Source of the DNA: Candidatus Bathyarchaeia archaeon
Lineage (GTDB): Archaea > Thermoproteota > Bathyarchaeia > Bathyarchaeales > Bathycorpusculaceae
Length of the DNA: 64,000 nt
Direction of reading: 5' to 3'
Assembly: GCA_038883775.1 (NCBI GenBank)
Contig: JAVZLM010000003.1
Coordinates: 1 to 64,000, forward strand
Shown here one piece after another: positions 7,572 through 17,439 of this stretch; position 1 is the first letter of the stretch; every line of letters starts with the position of its first letter. The notes under the pieces were generated by a model. The model was not told where the DNA came from and did no database searches. It saw nothing but the letters and a program-made list of their open reading frames with translations. The translations under genes were made by a program, and so were the position numbers.

Positions 7572-7602
7572 AAGGTCACCGGTTCAAATCCGGTCCGGCC
7601 CA
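7528..7602 (+). tRNA. tRNA-Val(GAC), intronless; first 44 nt form attR
   Basis: Acceptor GGGCCGG/CCGGCCC+A, anticodon arm TCCGC-TTGACGT-GCGGA, T-loop GGTTCAAATCC; CCA not encoded. Confidence 0.97.
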
Positions 7603-7648
7603 CTTAAGCTTAAATTCTGATATTTCCTACAATCTGGGTAAAGCAGCT

Positions 7649-8848
7649 TTGAGGCAAAGAACATTCATGCAAATTAAAGATGACCTAATTGCACGATACG
7701 TTCTTCATAAACATCATCTTTTGGAAGATTCCCAAACGGAAAGTATCCTTCAAGTTGTGAACGATGTGGTTGCTCTGCATGCTACAAGTGTAGGGACTCC
7801 TTATCTTTCGTTGTTTGCTCGCGTGAAAAACTTCCGTAGAAATCAACTGGACGAGGAACTTTACGTAAAAAGAAACTTGATTCGTTTAGAACTTATGAGA
7901 GGCACTCTTTTCATAGTGTCAACAGAGCTAGCTCCTATGCTTTTTCAAGCCACAAGGCTTTCGAAACCTCAACTCTTAAAAGTGATTCAAAATTGGGGGA
8001 TTCATATAGATGAATATCGAACGCTAGCCAAGAGATTGATGGATGTTTTGAAGGATGGCGAGAAGACCCTCCAAGAAATTAAGAAGGTTCTACCGAGAGA
8101 GATTGTCAAGTCTGTTTCATTTAAAACTGGAAAGCAAATTTACAAAGCTACCAATGTGAGCATAGTTTTGCGAGTTTTGGCTCGACGGGGGGTCGTCATT
8201 ACCGAAAAAATCCCCGGAACACTCAGTATTACAAAAGGCAATCGCTTTGCGCTCCTAAAGGAAAAGTATCCAAAGCTTAACTTAAACTCTGTTGGAAAAG
8301 ATGAGGCCAAGGCAATGTTGGTCAAGAGTTATATTAAGGCCTTCGGACCAGTTATGGAAAAGGACATTACATGGTGGACTGGTTTTAGAACGACCGAAAT
8401 AAAGAAGATACTTGCGAGTATGGAAAGGGAACTATTCCACGTTGAGATTAATGGTTTTGAAGGAAATTATTTAATGTTAAAGAGCGATTATGAAGGGTTA
8501 ATAAAGTTTAAGCCCTCATTTGAGCATTTGGCGATGCTACTTCCTTTTGAAGACCCATACACTAAAGGTTACAAAGTAAGAAATAGACTCATTAAGTCCT
8601 CGCTTGAGAAAAAAGTATATATCGGAGGTGGAGTGCAACCAACTATACTTTTAAATGGTAAAATCATAGGAACATGGAACAGAAACATAGAAGAAGGCAG
8701 AGGGCCCATCAAACTGAATTTCTTTTCACACGTTAAAAAGAATCTTGAACAAAAGTTCATTGAAAAGGCGAAGGCTATAGGGAAAGTGATGTCTAATCAG
8801 GAAGTCAACATTGAAGTTGCATACACGGCCTTGGAAGGATTTGCTTAA
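7649..8848 (+). CDS. AlkZ/YcaQ-like (HTH_42) DNA glycosylase-family protein
   Basis: ALHAT..PYLSLFAR, MRGTLF, YIKAFGP, DITWWTG, LLPFEDPY, ILLNGKIIGTW; ATG 7667 is an alternative start. Confidence 0.8.
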   Translation: MRQRTFMQIKDDLIARYVLHKHHLLEDSQTESILQVVNDVVALHATSVGTPYLSLFARVKNFRRNQLDEELYVKRNLIRLELMRGTLFIVSTELAPMLFQATRLSKPQLLKVIQNWGIHIDEYRTLAKRLMDVLKDGEKTLQEIKKVLPREIVKSVSFKTGKQIYKATNVSIVLRVLARRGVVITEKIPGTLSITKGNRFALLKEKYPKLNLNSVGKDEAKAMLVKSYIKAFGPVMEKDITWWTGFRTTEIKKILASMERELFHVEINGFEGNYLMLKSDYEGLIKFKPSFEHLAMLLPFEDPYTKGYKVRNRLIKSSLEKKVYIGGGVQPTILLNGKIIGTWNRNIEEGRGPIKLNFFSHVKKNLEQKFIEKAKAIGKVMSNQEVNIEVAYTALEGFA

Positions 8849-8863
8849 TTATTTAATTGCATA

Positions 8864-8875
8864 CGGTCCGGCCCA
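8864..8875 (+). repeat. 12-bp copy of the tRNA-Val 3' end (att-like scar)
   Basis: CGGTCCGGCCCA is identical to 7591-7602 and sits in AT-rich context just after the AlkZ-like gene. Confidence 0.75.
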
Positions 8876-8902
8876 TTAATTTGAAGTGTTAATTTTTAAG
8901 CG

Positions 8903-9444
8903 TTATTTCGTTAGTTTTAGAATTTTTCCATTGCTCTTCTGTGAGAGGGAAGTTTGTACCTTGAGGTTGTCTCAGGTATTTCCATGGTTTTTAGTATAAG
9001 GTCTTTTTCGCATGTATCTTTAAGGAGTGGTTATTAATCATTGTTTTTAGATTTTTTATTTGAACGCTTTTTTCTTTTCGAATTTGCGAATGTCTTCCTT
9101 TTTTGTCCAGTATTTTTCTTGTTTTGGATTAAGAATCATTTTGCTTTGGTTTTCTGAGATTTCTCTATGGCGTATATTCCAGCTTTTTCTCCAGATGCCC
9201 AAATGGCTACCTTATCGCCTTTACGAATTTCCTTGGCATGGTGGCTTGTTAACCATTGTTCACTTTCGCAGTTTTCTTTAATCTAATCATGCCATCGATA
9301 TACTGCGGGATTAAATTGAAAAATCCAGTACTTTAGGGGATGAAAAGGGTACCGCAGCTGGGTCAGAATTGCTAGACTGGTTTTAATGAAACGGTTTTTT
9401 CCACATTTTCGGCATCCAAATTCAACATCTAATGTCTCTTCCAT
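8903..9444 (-). pseudogene. Degraded Zn-ribbon/EVE-domain protein gene
   Basis: Minus strand gives CRKCGK, YWIFQFNPAVYRWHD*IKEN, EIRKGDKVAIWASGEKAGIYAI and, after frameshifts, QGTNFPLTEEQWK. Confidence 0.7.
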
Positions 9445-9541
9445 AATATTAAGTGTAAATGCGCAATTTAAACTAATTTCGGTTTTACCAAAATAGATAA
9501 AAACTGGGTCAGCATCAAAAGTTTAAAGGTGAGATGCAATT

Positions 9542-9736
9542 ATGCCTTCAGAAATCTTTGAAGCTGAAAAGTTCATTGAAATTAGTGGACGGGCAGATTA
9601 CTGCCTTGTGAAGAGGTTGAAGGATGTTGTGAAGTTGAAGCTTCGCACTTCGAAGAGGCTTTACACTTTAAAGGTTGAGCCGGCTAAGGCTGAAGAGATT
9701 ATTAAGAAGCTTCAATGTGAAATTCGAGAAATCTAA
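9542..9736 (+). CDS. rpl38e: Ribosomal protein eL38
   Basis: VKLKLRTSKRLYTLKV motif; 64 aa. Confidence 0.88.
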   Translation: MPSEIFEAEKFIEISGRADYCLVKRLKDVVKLKLRTSKRLYTLKVEPAKAEEIIKKLQCEIREI

Positions 9737-9804
9737 ATTGTAAAAGCGCTTGAAAGAGTATGCGGTTGTTTTACGATAAAGAAAGGATGTAGTGGTTAAA
9801 GTTG

Positions 9805-10530
9805 TTAGCTTCTGAACTTTTGAAGTCTTGTTAACAGTTCTTTGTCTCCTTCATAGTCTCCAGCGCACGTGGCAATTAAGCCATCAACTAAGCCTTCAAG
9901 TTTTCCGGCAACCTCTTCGACGCGGTCCATGGATGCTGTGACTGGCCAACCTATCATTTTCACCATTTCAGCGTTTTTCGGTGTTCCTACGAGGAAGTAT
10001 GTGTATATGGGTTTGTTTAGGCGTTTGCATTCCTTTGCCACTTGCTCCAGTGTTAGGAAAGTTTTTTCTTCCAGGCGCATGAAAAAGACGAAGTCCCATG
10101 GTTCTTTTGCGCGGGCGATCGTATCTTCGACGGTTCGGCGTGCGGTGAGCAAGCATCCCAGTTTAACGTTTTTTAGGCGTATTGTTGTTCGTAAAAAGTC
10201 TCGGGCTTCTTCTGAGGATTTTAACATTTTTATGGGCTCTCCGTATTTGGGAATGTCTCCCATGGTGAGCACAAGTCCGTCCAAAGCCACGGCATCCGCA
10301 GCTAAAGCCAAACCTCCAACTTCGACGGGCCCCTTGTAATGGAGGATGAATATTGGTATCACTATTTTTTCTGGATATTTAGTTTTGAGAACACAACCGA
10401 CCGCTGTGCCGCTTGGCGCAGGCATTCCAGCAGCGCTGTCAGTTATGTTCCATCCATCAACCAAGTCCTTAACTTCTTCAGCAAGTTTGAGAAATTTGCG
10501 TGTTGGAACAAACTCATGTAATATTTTCAT
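9805..10530 (-). CDS. Methylenetetrahydrofolate reductase-like (MetF-fold) protein
   Basis: HEFVP, NITDSAAG and LTMGDIP motifs; divergent from methionine synthase genes. Confidence 0.6.
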   Translation of the reverse strand: MKILHEFVPTRKFLKLAEEVKDLVDGWNITDSAAGMPAPSGTAVGCVLKTKYPEKIVIPIFILHYKGPVEVGGLALAADAVALDGLVLTMGDIPKYGEPIKMLKSSEEARDFLRTTIRLKNVKLGCLLTARRTVEDTIARAKEPWDFVFFMRLEEKTFLTLEQVAKECKRLNKPIYTYFLVGTPKNAEMVKMIGWPVTASMDRVEEVAGKLEGLVDGLIATCAGDYEGDKELLTRLQKFRS

Positions 10531-10672
10531 TTAGGCATCATCTACCCTTAACTTAAGAAAGATTGTAATATAATAATATATAATTAAAATTTTTGCATAC
10601 AAGTCACAGAAACTGTAAGGTTTAATACGCTATTCGAGATTTTAATGTTTCACTAGCGAAGTTGGTTATAAA

Positions 10673-11656
10673 ATGTTAGGCTGCTATATTACTGGAATCC
10701 TTCCAAGACCAAAGGAGCTTATTGAAACAACCAGAGCCTACGACAGAAAAAGAGTAGGCAAAGAAGAGTTGGAAAAAGCCTTCAAAGAGGCCACAGTCAA
10801 AGTCATAGAGGCTCAAATCACTGCTGGGCTTAACTACGTTACTGATGGCATGTTCAAGTGGCAAGACCTTCTGAGACCCTTCACTGAAAACTTGGAGGGC
10901 GTGAAAATTGGAGCCCTTGCCAGATGGTTCAACAACAACACATTCTATAGAAAACCAATAGTTTCTGGGGAGATACTGCACAAAAAAGACATTGCCTTGG
11001 AAATGGCGAATATGGAGTGTTTGCCGGGGAATGTTCCGTGGAAAGCCATTTTGCCAGCACCTTATACGCTTACAAAGTTGTCTGAAAACAACTTTTACAA
11101 GAATGAGGCGGAACTATTGTTTAGATATGCAGAAATCCTTAGAGAAGAAATTAAAAGCTTGGCTGAAAAGGGTTTCAAATACTTTCAGCTAAGCGATCCT
11201 GCGCTTGTCTATAACCCTTCAAAAGGCTCAATTTCAAAAGATACGTTGGTTGACGTTAAAAATGCGTTAGAAACGGTTGTGAAAGGCGTAAGGGTAAGGG
11301 TTTGTTTGCAAACGTTTTTCGGAGATTTTTCTCAAATTCTCCCCGAAGCCCTAAACTTTCCAGTGGACGATTTTGGCATAGATTTGTACGAGACAAGTTT
11401 CGAGAAACTAAAGGAGTATACGTTTGATAAGGGTGTGGCTTTGGGGCTTATTGACGCCCGCAGTTCCTTATTGGAAGACGAAAAGGAGCTTACAGCTATT
11501 GCTAAAGAGCTTATAGAATGCCTTTACCCATCAAAAATGTGTGACGTTTTTATTTGTCCAAACTGCGATTTAGAATTTTTGCCCTGGGAAAGAGCAAAAG
11601 AGAAAATTAAGATGGTAGCCGAAGTGGCGAAAAATCTCGAAAACGAGTTGAGCTGA
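10673..11656 (+). CDS. Cobalamin-independent methionine synthase family, N-terminal-half-like subunit (split MetE)
   Basis: GILPRP, TDGMFKWQD, RWFNNNTFYRKP, KAILPAPYT; lacks the HxC Zn motif. Confidence 0.8.
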   Translation: MLGCYITGILPRPKELIETTRAYDRKRVGKEELEKAFKEATVKVIEAQITAGLNYVTDGMFKWQDLLRPFTENLEGVKIGALARWFNNNTFYRKPIVSGEILHKKDIALEMANMECLPGNVPWKAILPAPYTLTKLSENNFYKNEAELLFRYAEILREEIKSLAEKGFKYFQLSDPALVYNPSKGSISKDTLVDVKNALETVVKGVRVRVCLQTFFGDFSQILPEALNFPVDDFGIDLYETSFEKLKEYTFDKGVALGLIDARSSLLEDEKELTAIAKELIECLYPSKMCDVFICPNCDLEFLPWERAKEKIKMVAEVAKNLENELS

Positions 11657-11657
11657 A

Positions 11658-12812
11658 ATGGATAAGCTTTTTCTAACACAAGAAATAGGAAGTCTCGCCA
11701 AACCAGTATGGAGGGTAAAAGGCTACAGGGGAGAAAACCTCTCAGAAAAAGAAATTGCGGAAGCGGTGAACTGGGGGAAAAAGCTAGGCATAAAAAATTT
11801 AGAGGCGCTTGTTAAAATTTTGAGGAAAAAGGAGCGAACTTCTGAAGATAAACGCGCTTTGCTTGAATGGTCGGCTAAGTTTGTCATCCGTTTTTTTGAA
11901 GCTGCTGGATTGGATGTGGTTTTTGATGGGGAGCAGTGGCGTTCGGAAATGTACGAGCATGTTATAAGAAATGTCAGAGGCTTCGAGTTTTTGGGTTATG
12001 TAAAATCCTTTGATTATAGATACTTTAACAAGGCTGCATGCATAGACAAGCCAAAATATACAAAATCCTTCTATGTTGAAGAGTTCGCCTTCACAAGAAG
12101 GAACACCAAGAAAATGGTGAAAGTGCCATTTACAGGACCTTACACGCTTGTTGATTGGACATTTAACGAATACTATGAAAGAAAGACTGGAACCAAAATA
12201 AAGGATTTTAAGCAAAGGAAAACAGCTGCGAGAAGGGAGTTCCTCTTTGACTTGATAAAGGAGGTTGTTAGACCAGAAATAAGCCGTTTAATAGAGGCTG
12301 GAGCCGAGTGGATTCAGATAGACGAGCCTGCGGCGACAACAACCCCTTCAGTTGAAGAAATGGAATTATTCGTAGAGGCTTTTAACGAAACTGTTAAGGG
12401 ATTTAATTGTACTTTCAGCCTTCACAACTGCTACAGCAACTATAAGGTATTAGCTAAATATGCTAGTCAGCTTCGAAACTGTAGTCAATTAGCCCTTGAA
12501 TTCGCTAACAGAGACAGCAGACAAGCGGGGATAGGCGAAAAGAGGGTTGGCTATACAGATTTAAAATTTTTTGAGGATTACGGTTTCCGTGGAAAATATG
12601 GGTTAGGCGTGGTTGATGTCCACACAGATTTCGTTGAACCGCCAGAGCTAATAAGAGATAGGATACTTCACGCTGTGAGCGTGGTAAAAGACCCAGGAAG
12701 GATTTATGTGAGTACGGATTGTGGCTTAAGAACACGGACATGGGAAATAAGCTTTGCCAAGCTTAAGAACATGGTTTTTGGAGCTGAGCTGGCAAGGAAG
12801 GAGTTTCTGTAA
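11658..12812 (+). CDS. metE: Cobalamin-independent methionine synthase, catalytic subunit
   Basis: EIGSLAKP, DGEQWRSEM, QIDEPA, LHNC and STDCGLRT Zn-binding motifs. Confidence 0.88.
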   Translation: MDKLFLTQEIGSLAKPVWRVKGYRGENLSEKEIAEAVNWGKKLGIKNLEALVKILRKKERTSEDKRALLEWSAKFVIRFFEAAGLDVVFDGEQWRSEMYEHVIRNVRGFEFLGYVKSFDYRYFNKAACIDKPKYTKSFYVEEFAFTRRNTKKMVKVPFTGPYTLVDWTFNEYYERKTGTKIKDFKQRKTAARREFLFDLIKEVVRPEISRLIEAGAEWIQIDEPAATTTPSVEEMELFVEAFNETVKGFNCTFSLHNCYSNYKVLAKYASQLRNCSQLALEFANRDSRQAGIGEKRVGYTDLKFFEDYGFRGKYGLGVVDVHTDFVEPPELIRDRILHAVSVVKDPGRIYVSTDCGLRTRTWEISFAKLKNMVFGAELARKEFL

Positions 12813-12871
12813 TAGCTTTGTTTTAAGAAATGTAAATAAGCTTGCAGAATTTAACCAAAGCGGGGAAAAAT

Positions 12872-13660
12872 GTGAAGATTGCGGTTTCTGGCAAGGGCGG
12901 TGTTGGAAAAACCTTAATTGCTGGCGGTCTCGCATACGCCTTTTCCAAAAGAGGATTGAAGACTTTAGCTATCGATGCTGACCCCTCGCCAAATCTTGCT
13001 TTAACTTTAGGTTTATCGGCGGAAGAAGCAAGCAAAATATTGCCAATTTCAGAAAATAAAGCCTTAATCGAGTCTAAAACGGATACGGGATATTCTGGCG
13101 TTTATCGGCTCTCCTTCACGGTGGATGATATTGTCCGGGATTTTTCTGTTAAAACCCCTTTTGACGTGAACTTGATTGTTATGGGAACCGTGAAATCCAT
13201 GGGTTCTGGATGCACTTGTCCAGCAAATGCTGTTGTGCGTAATCTATTACGCCATTTAATCTTGGAGCGGGATGAAATTGTTATTCTTGACATGGAGGCT
13301 GGTGTTGAGCACATGGGCAGAGCAACAGCCAAGCATGTGGATATTATGTTGGTTGTTGTGGATGCGAATATGAAGGCGCTTGAAACCGCTAAACGCATAA
13401 GCGAGTTAGCCGTAAACGCTGGCATGAGAAGGGTTTTTCTTGTTGGAAACAAAATTGCCGACAAGACGCAATTGGAAGTTATAAAAAAATTTGCTGAGGG
13501 GAATAGTTTGGAAATTTTGGATTTTGTTCCTTTCGATTTGAAGGTTGTGGAGGCTGAAATGCGGGGAGAAACTCCGCTTAAATATTGGAAAGAATCTAAG
13601 GCTATTATTGCCATAGAAAATTTAAGCGAAAAATTATGGAAAAATGAGGTGCAAAAGTGA
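12872..13660 (+). CDS. cooC: CODH nickel-insertion ATPase CooC
   Basis: GKGGVGKT, IDADP, GCTCP, DMEAGVEH. Confidence 0.9.
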   Translation: MKIAVSGKGGVGKTLIAGGLAYAFSKRGLKTLAIDADPSPNLALTLGLSAEEASKILPISENKALIESKTDTGYSGVYRLSFTVDDIVRDFSVKTPFDVNLIVMGTVKSMGSGCTCPANAVVRNLLRHLILERDEIVILDMEAGVEHMGRATAKHVDIMLVVVDANMKALETAKRISELAVNAGMRRVFLVGNKIADKTQLEVIKKFAEGNSLEILDFVPFDLKVVEAEMRGETPLKYWKESKAIIAIENLSEKLWKNEVQK

Positions 13661-14430
13661 TGAAAATAATTGTTACCATGGGTCGGGGCGGAACGGGAAA
13701 AACAAGTTTTGTGGCTTTAATGACAAAATACTTCATAGAAAACGGCGAAAAACCCTTATTGTTGGTGGATGCTGACCCAGACCAAAACCTCGGAGAAATG
13801 GTTGGAGTAGACCTAAAAGAGGAAGGTAAAAAAACAATTTCAGAACTTCTCGTAGAAACTTTTCTGGAAGAAGGCGGAACCACGGTTGGCGTTCCTCCAA
13901 CAGAAAGAATTGAAAGCAGAATTTGGGCTTACGGCATGCACGAAGGCGAATTCTTCGATTTCATCGCTTTGGGAACAAAATGGGTTGAAGGATGTTACTG
14001 CCTTCCAAACGCTGCATTAAAAGGCGCTTTGGAGGCTTTAACAAAAAATTATAAGTATATTCTCATAGATTCGCCTGCTGGTTTAGAGCATTTAAATCGG
14101 AGAATTACCTCACGGGTGGATGACATCTTTGACATTATTGACCCATCAAAAAAATCCTTTGACCATGTGGAGCGGGCATATCGCATTGCCCAAGAAGTTA
14201 AAATTGCATTCAAAAATTTTTATGTGGTTGGTGGTTTTAGGTTTCCAGAAGATTTGGGAAAGCAAGCTCAAGAGGTTTTAGGGCTTAAATTTTTGGGCAA
14301 AATTGCCCGTGATGAAAGGGTTGAAGAATACGTTCTATCTGGGAAATCTCTTTTAACTCTTCCTTCAGAGTCTCAAGCTTATGTTTCTGTTAAGAAGATA
14401 ATGGTTGAAGCTGGTTATAGTGAAAGGTGA
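13657..14430 (+). CDS. Second CooC/AcsF-type Ni-insertion ATPase
   Basis: GRGGTGKT, DADPDQN, EGCYC, DSPAGLEHLNR. Confidence 0.88.
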   Translation: MMKIIVTMGRGGTGKTSFVALMTKYFIENGEKPLLLVDADPDQNLGEMVGVDLKEEGKKTISELLVETFLEEGGTTVGVPPTERIESRIWAYGMHEGEFFDFIALGTKWVEGCYCLPNAALKGALEALTKNYKYILIDSPAGLEHLNRRITSRVDDIFDIIDPSKKSFDHVERAYRIAQEVKIAFKNFYVVGGFRFPEDLGKQAQEVLGLKFLGKIARDERVEEYVLSGKSLLTLPSESQAYVSVKKIMVEAGYSER

Positions 14431-14530
14431 TTTTGTATAAGCCAATTTTAGTTCATGTTTAATGGAAGATAATTTCAGAAAAACTTAAAATAACACGCTA
14501 ATAACCTTACATCTTCAAAACCTTTCGGTT

Positions 14531-16888
14531 GTGTTATGGTTGAGTCGAAAAGGTTTACGTGTAAAGATAGATGAAATGAAAACTGATGTGGGCTTAATCA
14601 AAAACCTTGAACTCTCCATTGGCAAAATAATCGAAGAAGCATGGACCGAAACCATGGGACCGACACCGTTTCCATCATTAACCGCCCTAAGAGAGTGGGA
14701 CATAAAACTTCTTCAGCGTTATAAGCCATTTTACATGCCCTTCTGCGACGTTTGCTGCCTATGCACTTTTGGAAAATGTGATTTAACCGGAAACAAGCGT
14801 GGCGCCTGTGGAATAAACATGTCAGCCCAGCAGTCGCGAATTGTTCTTTTGGCTTGTTGTATAGGAGCAGCAACTCACATTGGACATGCTCGCCACTTGG
14901 TTGAGCATTTAATTGAAAAGTATGGCGGCAACTATCCCTTAGATGTTGGTGGATTAAATGTTGAAGTTGAAGCTCCAGTAACTCGCCTTGTTTGTGGAAT
15001 AAAACCCCAAACCCTCGGCGACCTAGAAGAAGTTTTAGACTACCTTGAAACACAAGTTACCCATCTCTTGTCAGTAACGCACACGGGACAAGAAGGAAGC
15101 AATGTCGATTTTGAGTCAAAAGTTTTTCACGCTGGAATGGTTGACCAAGTTGGAATGGAAGTCGCAGATATAGCCCAAATTGCGGTTTATGGCTTTCCAA
15201 AGGCAGACCCAAACGCTCCTTTAGTGGATTTGGGTTTTGGAACCGTAAACGTGCAGAAACCAGTAATCCTATGTATTGGGCATAATGTTGTTCCTTCTGT
15301 AGGAATAATTGATTACATGAAAGAGAACGGGCTTGACAGCGAAATTGAGGTTTGCGGACTTTGCTGCACAGCCCACGACATAACAAGATATTATAATCGT
15401 GGAAAAATTATAGGCCCCATATCGTGGCAGCTGCGTTTCATAAGAAGCGGCGTTTCAGACGTTGTCGTTCTAGATGAGCAGTGTATTAGAGCAGATGCTC
15501 TTTACGAAGCTGAGAAGGTTAAGGCGCCAGTAATAGTTGCTTCAGAAAAGAATTGTATGGGCTTGCCAAACCGCACCAACGACCCAGCCGACGTCATAGT
15601 CGAAGATCTGATAAACGGAAAAACTCCAGGCGTACTAATCCTCGATCCAGAAAAGGTTGGGGAAGTCGCCGTTAAAGCGGCATTAAAATTTGCTCCGTTA
15701 AGGAAGAAGTTTAAGGCAATCCCAGAAGCTGACGAAGTTATTCAAAGGGCAAGGGAATGCAGACAATGCAATGACTGTAGAAGGGCTTGTCCCCAAGACT
15801 TGCACATTCCAGAAGCCATGAAAGCGGCAGCAGAAGGAAACCTAACACTATTTACGGATTTATACGAGTTCTGTGTTGGCTGCGGACGCTGCGAAGAAGC
15901 ATGCCCAGTGGGCTTGCCAATTCACAGTTTCATTGTGAAAGCTGGGGAGAAAAAGCTGAAAGAAGAAACCTATAAGATAAGGGCTGGAAGAGGCGCAATT
16001 CAAGATGTTGAAATAAGGAATGTTGGAAGCCCCATAGTGCTCGGCGAAATCCCAGGCGTAGTCGCTGTTGTGGGCTGTGCCAACTATCCTAAAGGTGGGT
16101 TGGAGGTGGCTGAAATCTGCCGCGAATTCGCCAACAGACGCTACATAGTTGTAACTTCTGGGTGTGCCGCCATGTCAGCTGGCATGTTTAAGGACGAGGA
16201 AGGAAAAACACCATATGAGGCGTTTACAGGCGAATTTGCTGCTGGCGGAATTGTCAACGTTGGCTCCTGCGTTTCGAACTCTCATATTGCAGGTGCTGCA
16301 ATAAAAATTGCAAACATATTCGCCAAACGCAATTTAAGAGCAAACTATGAAGAAATAGCCGATTACATACTTAACCGTGTGGGCGCCGTAGGCGTTGCTT
16401 GGGGAGCCTACTCTCAAAAGGCAGCGTCAATCGCAAGTGGATGCTGGCGTTTAGGCATCCCAGTAATAGTTGGTCCTCATGGAACAAAATACAGGCGAAT
16501 GCTTTTGGGAAGGGCAGACCGCGAAGAAGATTGGTATGTTTATGATGCCCGCTCTGGCGAAAAAGTGTATGCGGGTCCAGCACCTGAGCATTTGTTTTAT
16601 GCTGCTGAAACTAAGGAGGAAGCCATGGTTATGATTGCTAAGCTTTGTATGCGTCCAAACGATACTACTAAGGGAAGAGCAATAAAATTGACCCATTACA
16701 TTGATTTGCATAAGAGGTTGTTTGGAACCATGCCAAAAGATATACACTTGTTTGTGCGTAATTTAGGCGACATCCCAATAACAATGAAAGATGAAATAAT
16801 AAAGATTCTTGAGGAGAAGGGATGGAAGGAAACCGTGATTCCAGACCCAACTCTTCTGCCGAGATTGATCAGGAAGAGGAAGGAGTGA
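14531..16888 (+). CDS. cdhA: CODH/acetyl-CoA synthase complex alpha subunit
   Basis: CDVCCLCTFGKC, GLCCTAHD, two CxxCxxCxxxCP motifs, GSCVSN. Confidence 0.97.
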   Translation: MLWLSRKGLRVKIDEMKTDVGLIKNLELSIGKIIEEAWTETMGPTPFPSLTALREWDIKLLQRYKPFYMPFCDVCCLCTFGKCDLTGNKRGACGINMSAQQSRIVLLACCIGAATHIGHARHLVEHLIEKYGGNYPLDVGGLNVEVEAPVTRLVCGIKPQTLGDLEEVLDYLETQVTHLLSVTHTGQEGSNVDFESKVFHAGMVDQVGMEVADIAQIAVYGFPKADPNAPLVDLGFGTVNVQKPVILCIGHNVVPSVGIIDYMKENGLDSEIEVCGLCCTAHDITRYYNRGKIIGPISWQLRFIRSGVSDVVVLDEQCIRADALYEAEKVKAPVIVASEKNCMGLPNRTNDPADVIVEDLINGKTPGVLILDPEKVGEVAVKAALKFAPLRKKFKAIPEADEVIQRARECRQCNDCRRACPQDLHIPEAMKAAAEGNLTLFTDLYEFCVGCGRCEEACPVGLPIHSFIVKAGEKKLKEETYKIRAGRGAIQDVEIRNVGSPIVLGEIPGVVAVVGCANYPKGGLEVAEICREFANRRYIVVTSGCAAMSAGMFKDEEGKTPYEAFTGEFAAGGIVNVGSCVSNSHIAGAAIKIANIFAKRNLRANYEEIADYILNRVGAVGVAWGAYSQKAASIASGCWRLGIPVIVGPHGTKYRRMLLGRADREEDWYVYDARSGEKVYAGPAPEHLFYAAETKEEAMVMIAKLCMRPNDTTKGRAIKLTHYIDLHKRLFGTMPKDIHLFVRNLGDIPITMKDEIIKILEEKGWKETVIPDPTLLPRLIRKRKE

Positions 16889-16895
16889 AAAGCGT

Positions 16896-17438
16896 ATGGC
16901 GACGGCTGAGCCTTGGCAAACAGCAGAAATTCCAGGACCGAAAAAGGCTTTGGTAATTCCGAAACCGGATGTGGCGGCTGCGATGATAAAAAAGGCGAAA
17001 CGTCCAATATTAATTGTTGGGCACAAGGCTGCAGAAATAGCCTTTGAAGACAAAAAACTCATAGATTATATTATTGAAATGGCAAGAAAAGCAAAAATTC
17101 CAATAGTAGCCACAGCCCACATGGTAAACGAGTTTTTAAAAAGGGGTTATCAACCAGCGGATTGGATGCCAGCCGTGGACATTGGAAACAGACTGACAGA
17201 CGCTGCGTGGAAGGGTTTGGATGGTGGAGGGCAGTATGACTTAGCCCTATTTGTTGGGCTTCCATATTATATGGAGTGGACAATCCTTTCTGGACTCAAA
17301 CATTTCGCGCCAAACCTAAAAACCATAACTTTAGACAATTATTATCAGCCTCATGCAAGCTGGTCATTCCCAAACATGCCGATTAAGGATTGGATGGAAA
17401 ATCTTAAGGTAATAATTGAAAAAGTTGGAGGAGAATAA
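16896..17438 (+). CDS. cdhB: ACDS epsilon subunit
   Basis: MIKKAKRPILIVG, WKGLDGGGQYDL, YQPHASWSF; operon position. Confidence 0.93.
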   Translation: MATAEPWQTAEIPGPKKALVIPKPDVAAAMIKKAKRPILIVGHKAAEIAFEDKKLIDYIIEMARKAKIPIVATAHMVNEFLKRGYQPADWMPAVDIGNRLTDAAWKGLDGGGQYDLALFVGLPYYMEWTILSGLKHFAPNLKTITLDNYYQPHASWSFPNMPIKDWMENLKVIIEKVGGE

Positions 17439-17439
17439 A

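Noticed and set aside
9280-9290. In-frame TAG in the EVE gene as pyrrolysine readthrough
   Set aside because: Several additional frameshifts indicate pseudogenisation.
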